The notes below the pieces were generated by a model. It was given only the letters and a program-made list of their open reading frames with translations, did not search any database and was not told the origin of the DNA. From Candidatus Omnitrophota bacterium (GTDB lineage Bacteria; Omnitrophota; Gorgyraeia; Gygaellales; Profunditerraquicolaceae), in contig JBAZQO010000002.1 of assembly GCA_041645145.1 (NCBI GenBank), positions 1 to 57,171 on the forward strand: a DNA stretch of 57,171 bases, read 5' to 3'. Each line of letters starts with the position of its first letter. Position 1 is the stretch's first letter. Of the stretch, positions 7,388 to 17,586 are shown piece after piece. A program made the position numbers and the translations under genes.

Positions 7388-8143
7388 ATGTTAAGTAAGC
7401 GTATTATCCCGTGCCTGGATATCAAGGAGGGCCGCGTAGTCAAAGGGGTTAAGTTCCTGGGCCTGCGCGATGCCGGCGACCCGGTTGAGGTGGCCAGGGC
7501 TTATGACGCCCAGGCTGCCGATGAGCTGGTTTTTTTGGATATTACCGCCAGTTTTGAGAAGAGAAAAACCCTGGTTTTCCTGGTTGAGCGGATCGCCCGG
7601 AATATTTTTATGCCTTTTACTGTCGGCGGCGGGATCGGCGATATTGAAGATATAAGGAATATTTTAAATGCCGGGGCGGAGAAAGTCTCGCTAAATACCC
7701 GGGCCGTAAAATTCCCGGAGTTGATCAGCGCTTCGGCAAAAAGATTCGGCAGTCAGTGTATTGTGGTAGCTATTGATGCCAAGAGGCAGGGCGATCACTG
7801 GGAGGTTTTTATCAATGGCGGCAGAACGCCTACGGGTATTGACGCCCTGGTATGGGCAGAGAAGGCAGCCAGGCTTGGCGCCGGCGAAATACTTTTAACC
7901 AGTATGGATTATGACGGCACCAAAGATGGTTATGACCTAGAGTTGACTAAGAGCGTAACTCAAAAGGTGAATATCCCGGTCATCGCTTCCGGAGGCGCGG
8001 GAAAATTAGAGGATTTTTATGATGTTTTTACTAAAGGGGGAGCTGATGCCGCTTTAGCTGCTTCGCTTTTTCACTACCAGGAGTATTCTGTAAAACAGGT
8101 CAAGGAGTATTTAAAAGAGAGAGGGGTAGCTGTAAGATTATGA
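7388..8143 (+). CDS. hisF: Imidazole glycerol phosphate synthase, cyclase subunit
   Basis: [49 protein letters not shown] and ASGGAG are canonical HisF. Confidence 0.96.
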   Translation: MLSKRIIPCLDIKEGRVVKGVKFLGLRDAGDPVEVARAYDAQAADELVFLDITASFEKRKTLVFLVERIARNIFMPFTVGGGIGDIEDIRNILNAGAEKVSLNTRAVKFPELISASAKRFGSQCIVVAIDAKRQGDHWEVFINGGRTPTGIDALVWAEKAARLGAGEILLTSMDYDGTKDGYDLELTKSVTQKVNIPVIASGGAGKLEDFYDVFTKGGADAALAASLFHYQEYSVKQVKEYLKERGVAVRL

Positions 8144-8472
8144 AAAAGATCAAGTTTAGTTTGAAGGATCTAAAGTTTGATAAAAACGGCCTGATACCCG
8201 TGATCATCCAGGATTATAAGAATAATGAAGTATTGATGGTCGCTTATATGAACAAGGAGTCATTACGCAGGACATTGAAGTCAGGCAAGACTTGTTTCTG
8301 GTCCCGCTCAAGAAAAGAATATTGGGTAAAAGGTTTAACCAGCGGGCATTTACAATTTGTCAAATCTGTGGCATATGATTGCGACATGGACGCGCTATTA
8401 ATCCGGGCGCGTCAAATAGGGGCAGCTTGTCATACGGGAAACAGGAGTTGTTTTTACAGGAAGATCAAGTGA
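8140..8472 (+). CDS. hisI: Phosphoribosyl-AMP cyclohydrolase (monofunctional HisI)
   Basis: A 110-aa protein with [31 protein letters not shown] and CDMDALL...[16 protein letters not shown] overlap with hisF. No HisE domain. Confidence 0.9.
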   Translation: MKKIKFSLKDLKFDKNGLIPVIIQDYKNNEVLMVAYMNKESLRRTLKSGKTCFWSRSRKEYWVKGLTSGHLQFVKSVAYDCDMDALLIRARQIGAACHTGNRSCFYRKIK

Positions 8473-9956
8473 ATAAGTTTAAACCCACTTTAGAAGAATT
8501 CTTAAAATTAAGCAGGAAGGGAAATGTTATCCCGGTTTATAAAGAGATCAATGCCGACCTGGATACCCCGGTTTCCGCTTTCCTGAAAATTAGTGGTGGG
8601 TCTGCATACTCTTTTCTGCTGGAGTCCGTGGAGGGACAGGAGAAGATTGCCCGCTATTCCTTCCTGGGAACTAACCCGTCGCTGATTTTTAAAAGCAAAG
8701 AGAGGCAGATTGAAATTATTGATTGCCGGAATGCTAAAAGCAGGCGTTTTGAAACTTCGCGTACGCCGTTTGATGAGATTAAACAGATTATGCGTAATTT
8801 CCGCAGCGTAGAGGTAAGCGGGCTGCCGCGTTTTTACGGAGGTCTGGTCGGTTATATCGGTTATGATACTGTGAGGTTTTTTGAAAATATCCCGGACAAA
8901 AATAAAGATACCCTGAAGATTCCGGATACGCTCTTGATATTGACTGATAACCTGCTTATCTTTGACCGGCTTAACCATACGATCAAGATCGTGCATAATG
9001 TCATATTGACGGGTAATTTAAGTTACCTCAAGAAAAAAAAGCTCTATATGCAGGCGGTCAAAAAGATCGAGTCGATCCACAATGATTTTAACCGATCTAT
9101 TATTCAGGGAAAGGGAATCGCTAAACCCGAAGAGGCGCAGGCAACCAGCAATCTCAAAAAACCGGAGTTTGTCAGGATGGTCAAGCAGGCTAAAGAATAT
9201 ATACGAAAAGGAGATATTATCCAGGTGGTTTTATCGCAGCGTTTTAAGGTCAGGACGCAAAAAGACCCTTTCCAGATTTACCGCGCTTTGCGCTCCCTGA
9301 ATCCTTCACCTTATATGTATTTCTTAAAACTTAAAAATTTCTCTATTGTGGGTTCAAGCCCAGAGATGCTGGTGCGCTGTGAAAACGGTTTGGTGCAGAC
9401 CCGGCCAATTGCCGGAACACGGCAGAGGGGCAAAGACAGCGATGAAGATGCGCGATTAGAGAAGGAGCTGCTTGCTGATGAAAAGGAGCGCGCCGAGCAT
9501 CTTATGCTGGTTGATCTGGGGAGGAATGATCTGGGCCGCATAAGCAAGCCGGGTAAAGTTAAAGTTGATGATTTTATGCGCGTAGAGAAATTCTCGCATG
9601 TCATGCATTTGGTCAGCGAAGTAAGCGCCATACTTGACAAAAAAAGGTTTGATATCTATGATGTGTTGAAAGCCGCGTTTCCCGCAGGCACAGTAACCGG
9701 CGCGCCCAAGATCCGGGCGATGGAGATTATTGACGAACTGGAAAATCTGAAGCGTTCCTTGTATGCCGGCGCAATAGGATATTTTAGTTTTTCGCACAAT
9801 ATGGATACTTGTATTGCCATCCGCACGATAGTTTGTAAGGATGGTTTTGCTTATGTGCAGGCAGGCGCAGGGATCGTCGCTGACTCTGTCGCGCAAAAAG
9901 AATATCGGGAATCAGTGAATAAGGCTCAAGCTATGATGGAAGCAATTAAAAGGTAA
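8469..9956 (+). CDS. trpE: Anthranilate synthase component I (TrpE/PabB family)
   Basis: [40 protein letters not shown] and [11 protein letters not shown] are chorismate-utilising enzyme motifs. The start is set at GTG 8469 ([11 protein letters not shown]), which overlaps the hisI stop (GTGA). The longer ORF from 8379 overlaps hisI by 94 nt. Confidence 0.85.
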   Translation: MNKFKPTLEEFLKLSRKGNVIPVYKEINADLDTPVSAFLKISGGSAYSFLLESVEGQEKIARYSFLGTNPSLIFKSKERQIEIIDCRNAKSRRFETSRTPFDEIKQIMRNFRSVEVSGLPRFYGGLVGYIGYDTVRFFENIPDKNKDTLKIPDTLLILTDNLLIFDRLNHTIKIVHNVILTGNLSYLKKKKLYMQAVKKIESIHNDFNRSIIQGKGIAKPEEAQATSNLKKPEFVRMVKQAKEYIRKGDIIQVVLSQRFKVRTQKDPFQIYRALRSLNPSPYMYFLKLKNFSIVGSSPEMLVRCENGLVQTRPIAGTRQRGKDSDEDARLEKELLADEKERAEHLMLVDLGRNDLGRISKPGKVKVDDFMRVEKFSHVMHLVSEVSAILDKKRFDIYDVLKAAFPAGTVTGAPKIRAMEIIDELENLKRSLYAGAIGYFSFSHNMDTCIAIRTIVCKDGFAYVQAGAGIVADSVAQKEYRESVNKAQAMMEAIKR

Positions 9957-9961
9957 AGATA

Positions 9962-10040
9962 CCCCGCCTGATTAGGCACCTGGCCCTTACTGGAATTGGG
10001 CCAGTGCCGCCTCGTGGCGGGTATGCCCTCGTGGGCAAAG
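9962..10040 (+). promoter_or_regulatory. Structured GC-rich leader upstream of rpsP
   Basis: Nested stems CCCCGCC (9962-9968)/GGCGGG (10016-10021) and GGCACCTGGCCC (9975-9986)/GGGCCAGTGCC (9998-10008), then a TGCCC-TCGT-GGGCA hairpin next to the AAAGGAGG RBS. There is no U-tract. Confidence 0.45.
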
Positions 10041-10051
10041 GAGGATACTCA

Positions 10052-10288
10052 ATGGCAGTGCATATTCGTTTAAGAAGGATCGGCAAAAACCCCAAAGGCA
10101 AGCCGCATTTTCGCGTAACTGTATTTGACGAGAGAAGAGGCCGGGACAGCCGGGTAATTGAAGAGTTGGGCTATTATAAGCCGGTGACCGGCCAGGCAGT
10201 GCTTAAGAAAGAACGCATCGCCGAATGGGTAAAAAACGGGGCGCAGTTATCTGCTACCGTAAAAAGCTTGTTAAAAAAAGATAAATAA
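10052..10288 (+). CDS. rpsP: 30S ribosomal protein S16
   Basis: MAVHIRLRRIGKNPKGKPHFRVTVFDERRGRDSRVIEELGYYKP is typical bS16. AAAGGAGG RBS. The ORF-track start at 10004 is an upstream extension. Confidence 0.95.
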   Translation: MAVHIRLRRIGKNPKGKPHFRVTVFDERRGRDSRVIEELGYYKPVTGQAVLKKERIAEWVKNGAQLSATVKSLLKKDK

Positions 10289-10300
10289 AGGGAGGTTAAA

Positions 10301-10588
10301 ATGCCGCAGCAAACCGCAGTTAATCCGTTAGTGCAGTTTTTTCCGCTGGCCTTAATCTTTATAGTTTTTTATTTTTTGCTCATCCGTCCGCAGAAGCAAA
10401 AAGAGAAGCAGCATCAGAAGATGCTGGAAGGCGTAAACAAGAATGACGAGGTTGTTACCTCCGGAGGCATACATGGCACAATCGTCGCAGTTAAGGATAA
10501 GACCGTAACTTTACGCATTGACGATAATGTGAAGATGGAGATCGAAAAAAACAGCATCGCTTACATCAAGAAACCGCAAAACGCTTAA
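10301..10588 (+). CDS. yajC: Preprotein translocase subunit YajC
   Basis: A single TM segment followed by LLIRPQKQKEKQHQKML..GD.V.T.GG..G.I, which is the YajC signature. It sits upstream of secDF. Confidence 0.9.
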   Translation: MPQQTAVNPLVQFFPLALIFIVFYFLLIRPQKQKEKQHQKMLEGVNKNDEVVTSGGIHGTIVAVKDKTVTLRIDDNVKMEIEKNSIAYIKKPQNA

Positions 10589-10606
10589 AACACAGGAGTT
10601 TAATAA

Positions 10607-12808
10607 ATGGAAAGAAAGCTGATCTATAAAATACTGCTTATTTTGGGGGTTGTCGGGTTGTGCGCGTATTATGCTTTTCCTTTGAATAAGCGCATTAATC
10701 TGGGGCTTGATCTTCAGGGCGGGATGCATCTTTTACTTAAGGTTGATACCAGCCATTTAGAGGGACAGGCTAAGCTGGACGCCTGCGACCGGGCAGTAGA
10801 GGTAATCCGTAATCGTATTGATGAGTTCGGGGTCAGGGAAACTTCCATTCAGAAGCAGGGAGAAGATGAGATTGTCGTGCAGCTGCCCGGGGTTACTGAA
10901 CGGGAGCGCGCCATTGATATTATCGGCAAGACCGCGATGCTTGAGTTTAAGATCGTCTCCAATGATACGGATAAACTTAAGGCAGCTTTGGCAGGGACTG
11001 TTGCGGATGGGTATGAATTAAAATATACCCCTGATGAAAATGAACCGCTGCTGCTTGAGAAACAGGCGGTTTTGAACGGGGATGCCTTAACCAATGCCTC
11101 GGTGCGTTTTGACCAGAGCCAGTTCAATGAGCCGATTGTTGCCCTGCAGTTTAATGCCGCCGGCGCCAAGAAGTTTGCCCAAGTAACTGCGGATAATGTG
11201 GGTAAGCGTCTGGCTATTGTATTAGACGGTAAGATGCAGTCAGCCCCGCGGATCAGGGAAGCTATTCCTTCAGGGGAGGCAGTGATTACCGGAAGGTTTG
11301 ACGCGCAAGTTGCGCAGGACCTGGCGCTTATTTTAAGGGTTGGCGCATTGCCCGCACCTATGCATATCGAAGAGGAAAGGACCGTCGGGCCGCTCTTAGG
11401 CCAGGATTCCATAAATAAAGGCGTTAAGGCCAGCCTTATTGGCTGCGCGCTGGTCTTTATTTTCATGGCAGGGTATTATCTTTTGGCCGGGCTGATCAGC
11501 GATATCGCGCTTTTATTGAACCTTATAATGATCCTGGGGGGATTAGGTTTGTTACCCCTGCTTTTCCCGGGAGTGTCGGCAACCCTGACCTTGCCGGGTA
11601 TTGCCGGTATCGCGTTAGCTTTAGGTATGGCGGTAGACGCAAACGTGTTGATCAATGAGCGCATAAGGGAAGAGATAGCCGCAGGCAGAAACCTGCGTAC
11701 TGCCATAGGCAATGGTTATTCCCGCGCCTTTAGCGCCATATTTGATTCCAACCTTACCACTTTAATTGCGGCATTTTTGTTGTTCCAGTTTGGAACCGGG
11801 CCTATCCGCGGTTTTGCGGTTACCTTAACCATCGGTTTATTAGCGAGTATGTTTACAGCTATAGTGGTTACCCGGGTAATATTTGAGTTCCTGCTTAATT
11901 TTGGCTGGATCAAGAGTTTGCCGATGCTCAAACTTATCGGAGAGACCAAACTGGATTTTATCGGCAAGAGAAAAATATTTTACGCGTTTTCTATCATAGT
12001 AATTACGGTCGGGCTTTTTTCGTATTTTAAGAAAGGGCCTGCCGCTTTTGGTATTGATTTTGCCGGAGGACAGCTACAGGAGTACAGTTTTAAGAATCCT
12101 CCTTCGATAGATAAGGTGCGCCAGGCGCTAAAAGATATAAATCTGGCTGATGCTACGATTCAGCAGTTCAAGGATAACCCCAGGGCGGTTTTGATCAGGA
12201 CATCGAAAGATAAGAATCAGATTTTGACTAATAAGCTGAAAGAAACTTTCCCCAATGAGGATATCCAGATATTAAGGATTGAGCGGGTTGGCCCTATCGC
12301 CGGAAAACATCTTAAAACCAAGGCCGTATCAGCTTTGATCTGGTCATTGGTAGGTATCCTGATTTACGTAGGTTTCAGGTTCAAGCATATAAACTTTGCC
12401 GCCGCGGGCGTAATTGCCTTGGTGCATGACGTGCTGGTGGCTTTGGGATTTTTAGTGATTACTAACAGGCAGATCGATCTTTTAAGCGTTACCGCGTTTT
12501 TGACTATTGCCGGTTATTCTATCAATGATACCATTGTTATTTATGACCGCGTGCGCGAGAACGCCAGGCTTTACCGCAAGTTATCCTTAAAAGAGTTGAT
12601 TAATTTAAGCGTAAACCAGACCCTTGGCCGGACCATCCTTACCTCCGGTGTAACGCTTTTGGTTGTCGCGGCAATATTATTTTACGGCGGAGAAGTATTA
12701 AGTAATTTTGCCTTCGCTTTATTCGTAGGTTTTATTTCCGGCGCGTATTCTACGATCTTTATTGCCTCTCCTTTAGTGCTTGCCTGGAGCCGCAAGGGCA
12801 CAAGGTAG
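10607..12808 (+). CDS. secDF: Fused protein translocase subunit SecDF
   Basis: A 733-aa protein. The SecD periplasmic domain plus a 6-TM block (GLDLQGG, NVLINERIREE) is followed by a SecF block (GIDFAGG, AGYSINDTIVIYDRVRE). Confidence 0.93.
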   Translation: MERKLIYKILLILGVVGLCAYYAFPLNKRINLGLDLQGGMHLLLKVDTSHLEGQAKLDACDRAVEVIRNRIDEFGVRETSIQKQGEDEIVVQLPGVTERERAIDIIGKTAMLEFKIVSNDTDKLKAALAGTVADGYELKYTPDENEPLLLEKQAVLNGDALTNASVRFDQSQFNEPIVALQFNAAGAKKFAQVTADNVGKRLAIVLDGKMQSAPRIREAIPSGEAVITGRFDAQVAQDLALILRVGALPAPMHIEEERTVGPLLGQDSINKGVKASLIGCALVFIFMAGYYLLAGLISDIALLLNLIMILGGLGLLPLLFPGVSATLTLPGIAGIALALGMAVDANVLINERIREEIAAGRNLRTAIGNGYSRAFSAIFDSNLTTLIAAFLLFQFGTGPIRGFAVTLTIGLLASMFTAIVVTRVIFEFLLNFGWIKSLPMLKLIGETKLDFIGKRKIFYAFSIIVITVGLFSYFKKGPAAFGIDFAGGQLQEYSFKNPPSIDKVRQALKDINLADATIQQFKDNPRAVLIRTSKDKNQILTNKLKETFPNEDIQILRIERVGPIAGKHLKTKAVSALIWSLVGILIYVGFRFKHINFAAAGVIALVHDVLVALGFLVITNRQIDLLSVTAFLTIAGYSINDTIVIYDRVRENARLYRKLSLKELINLSVNQTLGRTILTSGVTLLVVAAILFYGGEVLSNFAFALFVGFISGAYSTIFIASPLVLAWSRKGTR

Positions 12809-12811
12809 GTA

Positions 12812-14893
12812 ATGGCCCAAAGCACATCTATCCAATATCTTAAAGGGATCGGGCCGAAGCGGGCGAAAAGTTTTGCCACCCACGGCGTTAATACTATTGA
12901 AGACCTGTTATATTATTTTCCGCGCCGCTACGAGGACCGCACTAATTTTGCCAGCATATCCGAACTCAAAGAAGGCCAGGTTTATACTATAAAAGCGCTC
13001 GTTCAGTCCGCCCGATCGCGCTCCTCCTGGCGCAGGCGCGCATTCAGCATAACCGAGGCAGCGTTGGCGGATCCTACCGGAAAGATATCCTGCGTCTGGT
13101 TTAACCAGCCTTACCTTAATCAATATCTTAAAGCCGGCGTTAATCTGATCCTTTACGGAAAAGTCCAGCGGTATAATACCAGGCTGCAGATGGATAATCC
13201 GGAATTTGAACTTGTCGGTGCTGAGCCCGACAATTCCTTGAATATCAGCAGGATTGTGCCGGTATATACTTTGCCCGGAGGGTTTAGCCAGCGCAGCCTG
13301 CGCCAGGTCATCAAGAATGCCCTGGATGAATTCCTGCCGAAAATAAATGATTGTCTGCCTTTTGATTTGCGTACCCGTAATAACCTGCTTAATCTTGCGC
13401 AAAGTTTGTTAAATATACATTTCCCGCAAAGCCTGGATTTACAAAAACAGGCGCATAAGCGCCTTAGCTTTGAGGAATTCTTTATCTTTCAGTTGCCGCT
13501 TGTTTTGAGAAAATTAAGGCGTAAAGAGAAGAGAGGAATTAAACATACTGTCGATGGCCAATTAATCGGAGATTTCATTTCCGCATTGCCTTTTAAGCTT
13601 ACATGCAGCCAGGAAAAAGTCTTTGCGGAGATAAAAGCGGATATGGCTGCGGACCAGGCCATGCAGCGGCTCCTGCAGGGTGATGTGGGTTCAGGCAAGA
13701 CGGTAATAGCCACCCTGGCAAGCCTGATCGCTGTCCAGGGAGGTTATCAGGCGGCTTTTATGGTTCCTACGGAAATACTTGCCCGGCAGCACTATGAGAA
13801 AGTAACTTCCCAGTTACGCGGATTAGTTTTTTCCGGAAGGAAGATCCGCGTAGGTTTATTGGCCGGCCAGGATAAAAATAAGGAAAAGTTGTATCAGGAT
13901 ATAAAAGAGGGGAAGATCGATTTGATTATCGGCACGCACGCCCTTATAGAGGAGGGAGTAAGTTTTAAGAATCTGGGTTTTGTGGTGATTGATGAACAGC
14001 ATAAATTCGGGGTGGGCCAGAGGGCGCTTCTGCCTAAGAAAGGCAATAATCCGGATGTTTTGATCATGACTGCGACGCCAATTCCGCGCACCTTAGCGAT
14101 TACCCTTTATGGAGACCTGGATATCTCGGTGATTAACCAGCTTCCCCCCGGGCGCGTACCTGTAAAAACTTTGCATTTTAGCCACGCACAAAAGAAAAAA
14201 GGTTACGCGATCGTCAAGGAAGAGCTCAATTACCGGCGCCAGGCGTATATTATTTATCCGGTTATCGAAGAGTCGTATGCCCTGGATATCGCCGGAGCCA
14301 AGAAGATGTTTAGTGAACTTAAAGAGGGCGAGTTCAAGAATTTCCGCCTGGGCCTTGTCCATGGCAAGCTCAAACAACCGGCGCAGGGAGAGGTAATGTT
14401 TAAGTTTAAGAAAGGCGAGCTTGATCTTTTAATCTCAACTACGATTCTGGAAGTAGGTATTGACATTCCTAACGCAACCTGCATGATTATTGAATCTGCC
14501 GAGCGCTTCGGTTTAAGCCAGCTGCATCAGTTACGCGGAAGGATCGGCAGGGGTAAGCTGCAGTCATTTTGTATCCTTATTTCCGATGCTCAAACCCAGG
14601 AGGCAAAGGAGCGCCTCTCAGCTATGGTCGCAACTAGCGACGGATTCCGTATTTCGGAAGAGGACTTAAAGATCAGGGGCCCGGGTGAGTTTTTCGGCAG
14701 CAGGCAGCACGGGTTGGCAGAATTAAAGATCGCCAATCCTTTGATCCAGATGCAATTACTTAAAGGCGCCCGCCAGGAGGCCATAAAACTGCTCGGCCAG
14801 GATCCCCGGATGCAAGAGCGGGCGCATCAATTATTAAAGGAAAAACTTCTGCAAAGATTCCCGGAGTATGAGAAATTGATGTTAGTGGGATAA
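12812..14893 (+). CDS. recG: ATP-dependent DNA helicase RecG
   Basis: N-terminal wedge/OB region, then GDVGSGKT (Walker A), VIDEQHKFG, TATPIPRTL and QLHQLRGRIGRG. Confidence 0.95.
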   Translation: MAQSTSIQYLKGIGPKRAKSFATHGVNTIEDLLYYFPRRYEDRTNFASISELKEGQVYTIKALVQSARSRSSWRRRAFSITEAALADPTGKISCVWFNQPYLNQYLKAGVNLILYGKVQRYNTRLQMDNPEFELVGAEPDNSLNISRIVPVYTLPGGFSQRSLRQVIKNALDEFLPKINDCLPFDLRTRNNLLNLAQSLLNIHFPQSLDLQKQAHKRLSFEEFFIFQLPLVLRKLRRKEKRGIKHTVDGQLIGDFISALPFKLTCSQEKVFAEIKADMAADQAMQRLLQGDVGSGKTVIATLASLIAVQGGYQAAFMVPTEILARQHYEKVTSQLRGLVFSGRKIRVGLLAGQDKNKEKLYQDIKEGKIDLIIGTHALIEEGVSFKNLGFVVIDEQHKFGVGQRALLPKKGNNPDVLIMTATPIPRTLAITLYGDLDISVINQLPPGRVPVKTLHFSHAQKKKGYAIVKEELNYRRQAYIIYPVIEESYALDIAGAKKMFSELKEGEFKNFRLGLVHGKLKQPAQGEVMFKFKKGELDLLISTTILEVGIDIPNATCMIIESAERFGLSQLHQLRGRIGRGKLQSFCILISDAQTQEAKERLSAMVATSDGFRISEEDLKIRGPGEFFGSRQHGLAELKIANPLIQMQLLKGARQEAIKLLGQDPRMQERAHQLLKEKLLQRFPEYEKLMLVG

Positions 14894-14904
14894 TATACCT
14901 TCAA

Positions 14905-15447
14905 ATGCGCATAACTACAGGAAAATACCGTAATCGTAAACTTTTTTTCCCCAGAGGCATCCGCCCTACGCAGGATAAGGTGCGTAAGGCAATCTTTGAC
15001 ATACTGGGGGATGTTAACGGATTAACATTCTTAGAGCTTTTTGCCGGTTGCGGGGCAGTGGGTTTCGAGGCGCTTTCCCGGGGCATAGGTGAGCTGACCA
15101 TGGTTGAGTCTAACCATAACGCCATATTGGCAATAAAGAAGAACATCGGGCTGCTTAAAGCCTCTTCCTGTAATTTGTATTATCTAGATGCGGCAAAAGC
15201 AGTTAAGCTGTTGGCCCGGGACAAGAAAAGCTTCGATATTATATTCATAGACCCGCCGTATCATTTGGATATGGCAAAAAAAATCTTGCAAACCCTGGAG
15301 GGTTATGATATATTATCGCCCAATGGTTTGATCATAGTGCAGCATCCCAAGGCTGAACTGTTGCCTAAAGACAGCCTAAAATTAAGCTTAATCAAAGAAG
15401 CCAAGTACGGTGATACCTGGCTTTCAATTTTTAGGAAGGAAAAATAA
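14905..15447 (+). CDS. rsmD: 16S rRNA (guanine966-N2)-methyltransferase RsmD
   Basis: RITTGKYRNRKL..P...RPT.DKVR.A.F., LELFAGCGAVGFEALSRG and IFIDPPY. Confidence 0.88.
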   Translation: MRITTGKYRNRKLFFPRGIRPTQDKVRKAIFDILGDVNGLTFLELFAGCGAVGFEALSRGIGELTMVESNHNAILAIKKNIGLLKASSCNLYYLDAAKAVKLLARDKKSFDIIFIDPPYHLDMAKKILQTLEGYDILSPNGLIIVQHPKAELLPKDSLKLSLIKEAKYGDTWLSIFRKEK

Positions 15448-15451
15448 AATA

Positions 15452-15937
15452 ATGTGCCAGATCGCTTTATATCCGGGGACATTTGACCCGGTAACTAACG
15501 GCCATATTGACCTGATTCTCCGCGCGCATGAGATCTTCCATGATGTCATCGTGGCTGTCGCGCATAATCCGCATAAAAAGCCGGTTTTTAGCGTTGCAGA
15601 AAGAGTAGCCATGCTTAAGCAGGCTACTTCCGGTATAGATGGGGTGACGGTAACGCATTTTGACGGCTTGGTGGTGGATTTTGCGCGTAAGATGAAGGCT
15701 AAGGTCCTGGTGCGCGGGTTGCGCATGCTTTCGGATTTTGAGTATGAATTTCAGATGGCTTTGACCAACCGCAAGCTCGCCGGCGATATTGAGACAATTT
15801 TTCTCATGCCGCATGAGTCTTACAGTTATCTTTCGGCAAAATTGATTAAAGAGACGGCTGTCCTTGGCGCAGACCTTTCGGCTTTCGTGCCGGATTTTGT
15901 GGGCAGGGCCTTAGAGAAGAAGTTGCGTAAAAAATAG
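15452..15937 (+). CDS. coaD: Phosphopantetheine adenylyltransferase
   Basis: ALYPGTFDPVTNGHIDL and ISSKLIKE-like (SAKLIKETA) motifs. The start is ATG 15452 (MCQIALY), after the rsmD stop. Confidence 0.95.
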   Translation: MCQIALYPGTFDPVTNGHIDLILRAHEIFHDVIVAVAHNPHKKPVFSVAERVAMLKQATSGIDGVTVTHFDGLVVDFARKMKAKVLVRGLRMLSDFEYEFQMALTNRKLAGDIETIFLMPHESYSYLSAKLIKETAVLGADLSAFVPDFVGRALEKKLRKK

Positions 15938-16350
15938 TGAAGATATTAGTTAACCAGGTTCCCTTTGAGGGGATACTTTTAGAAGAGGGGATCGATCCTG
16001 GCGAGCTCGACCTGGAAACAGAGTTGATTAAGTTTGGTTCACCTCTTAAGCTCAAGGCGCGCGCTTGGCGGATTACCAATGCGCTTAGTGTAGATTTGAA
16101 TATTAAGGCGAAGTTTCATGTGGTTTGCTCCCGCTGCCTTAAAGAGTTTGATTGGGATTGGAATAAAGATGCGCAGCTGAATTATCCTTTGGATAACAGT
16201 ATTACCTTTATTGATTTAAATCCCGAGATAAGAGAGGAAGTCATGCTGGATTACCCTATAAAGCCGCTTTGTGATCTAAACTGCAAAGGGCTTTGCAAAA
16301 AATGCGGCATTAACAAAAACGAAGGAGGATGTAACTGTGGCTCTACCTAA
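15937..16350 (+). CDS. yceD: YceD/DUF177 family protein
   Basis: A 137-aa protein with Cys motifs (CSRCL ... CKGLCKKCG). It occupies the conserved position immediately upstream of rpmF-plsX. GTG start. Confidence 0.8.
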   Translation: MKILVNQVPFEGILLEEGIDPGELDLETELIKFGSPLKLKARAWRITNALSVDLNIKAKFHVVCSRCLKEFDWDWNKDAQLNYPLDNSITFIDLNPEIREEVMLDYPIKPLCDLNCKGLCKKCGINKNEGGCNCGST

Positions 16351-16537
16351 AAGAAAGCATTCGGCGCAGCGCGGCAGAAAGCGCCGTACACACTGGAAGA
16401 TCAAGAAAACTAACCTGATCCCTTGCCCGCAATGCAAACAGCTTAAGCTATCCCATCGCGTTTGTCTGGTCTGCGGATATTATGATGGCCGTCAGGTCAT
16501 GGAAATCAAGGTAAAGGAAAAAAAGAAGAAAAAGTAG
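16337..16537 (+). CDS. rpmF: 50S ribosomal protein L32
   Basis: (M)ALPKRKHSAQRGRKRRTHWK...CPQC....HRVCLVCGYY is bL32 with a zinc-ribbon. GTG start. Confidence 0.93.
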   Translation: MALPKRKHSAQRGRKRRTHWKIKKTNLIPCPQCKQLKLSHRVCLVCGYYDGRQVMEIKVKEKKKKK

Positions 16538-16593
16538 ATTATACGGGTTGATAGCTAATTTAGCGAAAAAAACATCATCTGAGGAGATAAAGA

Positions 16594-17577
16594 ATGAAAA
16601 TAGTTGTTGATGCTATGGGCGGTGATCATGCTCCTGGAGTGGTTATTGATGGTAGCCTGGCTGCGGTAGAAGAGTATGATGTAGATGTGGTTCTCGTAGG
16701 TGACCAGCCAAAGATCGAAGCCCTTTTAAAAAAAGATAGATATACCGGCAGCAGGATCAGCGTGCAGCATGCCTCTGAAGTGATCCAGATGAGCGAATCT
16801 GCCGCCGCCAGCATCAGGAGAAAGAGAGATTCTTCTATTGTTGTTGGAGTTGATCTGGTTAAGCAAGGCAAAGCTGACGCGTTTTTTAGCGCGGGCAATA
16901 CCGGGGCCGTGGTTTGTGCCGGGACTTTAGGCCTGGGGCTTCTTCCGGGCATTGAGCGCCCGGGGATCGGTATTGTTACCCCTACCTTAAAAGGGAATTC
17001 CCTGATTATTGATGTCGGCGCTAACATTGATCCTAAGCCTTCTCAGTTATTGCAATACGGGATCATGGCGGATGCCTATTGCAAAAATATTTTGAATAAA
17101 CCTCGTCCCAGCGTGGGATTATTGAACATCGGGGAAGAAGAGAAAAAGGGCACGGAGTTTATCCGGGAAACTTACGAGTTGCTGGAAAAAAGTAAACTTA
17201 ATTTTGTCGGCAATGTGGAAGGCAAGGATATTTTTAGCGGCAAGTGTGATATTGTTATTTGCGACGGTTTTGTGGGTAATGTAGCTTTAAAGGTCGCGGA
17301 AAGCGCGGCGGAAGCAATGCAGACATACCTGAAGCAGCATCTTTTAAGCGATATCTGGGGCAAGATCGGCTTAGTCTTTATGATGCCTAGCCTTAAACGT
17401 TTTAAGAAGGAGATCGATTACGCCGAGTATGGCGGAGCGCTTTTATTGGGGGTCAACGGTGTAGTGATCATCGGCCACGGCCGCTCCAATAAGAAGGCGA
17501 TAAAGAATGCCATCAGGGTTGCCAAGGAAGAGGTTGAGCGCCAGGTTAATGCCAGGATACTGGAAGCGATACAATAG
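16594..17577 (+). CDS. plsX: Phosphate acyltransferase PlsX
   Basis: KIVVDAMGGDHAP, SAGNTGA, CDGFVGNV and GHGRS motifs. GAGGAG RBS. Confidence 0.95.
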   Translation: MKIVVDAMGGDHAPGVVIDGSLAAVEEYDVDVVLVGDQPKIEALLKKDRYTGSRISVQHASEVIQMSESAAASIRRKRDSSIVVGVDLVKQGKADAFFSAGNTGAVVCAGTLGLGLLPGIERPGIGIVTPTLKGNSLIIDVGANIDPKPSQLLQYGIMADAYCKNILNKPRPSVGLLNIGEEEKKGTEFIRETYELLEKSKLNFVGNVEGKDIFSGKCDIVICDGFVGNVALKVAESAAEAMQTYLKQHLLSDIWGKIGLVFMMPSLKRFKKEIDYAEYGGALLLGVNGVVIIGHGRSNKKAIKNAIRVAKEEVERQVNARILEAIQ

Positions 17578-17586
17578 GAAGGTCTA

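Noticed and set aside
7470-7655. Same-strand alternative-frame ORFs inside hisF (7470-7655), dapA (39296-39499), dapB (40425-40652), fabH (17906-18097) and others.
   Set aside because: They are embedded in well-supported genes in another frame. They have Arg/Pro/Leu-rich composition typical of off-frame translation, with no RBS.
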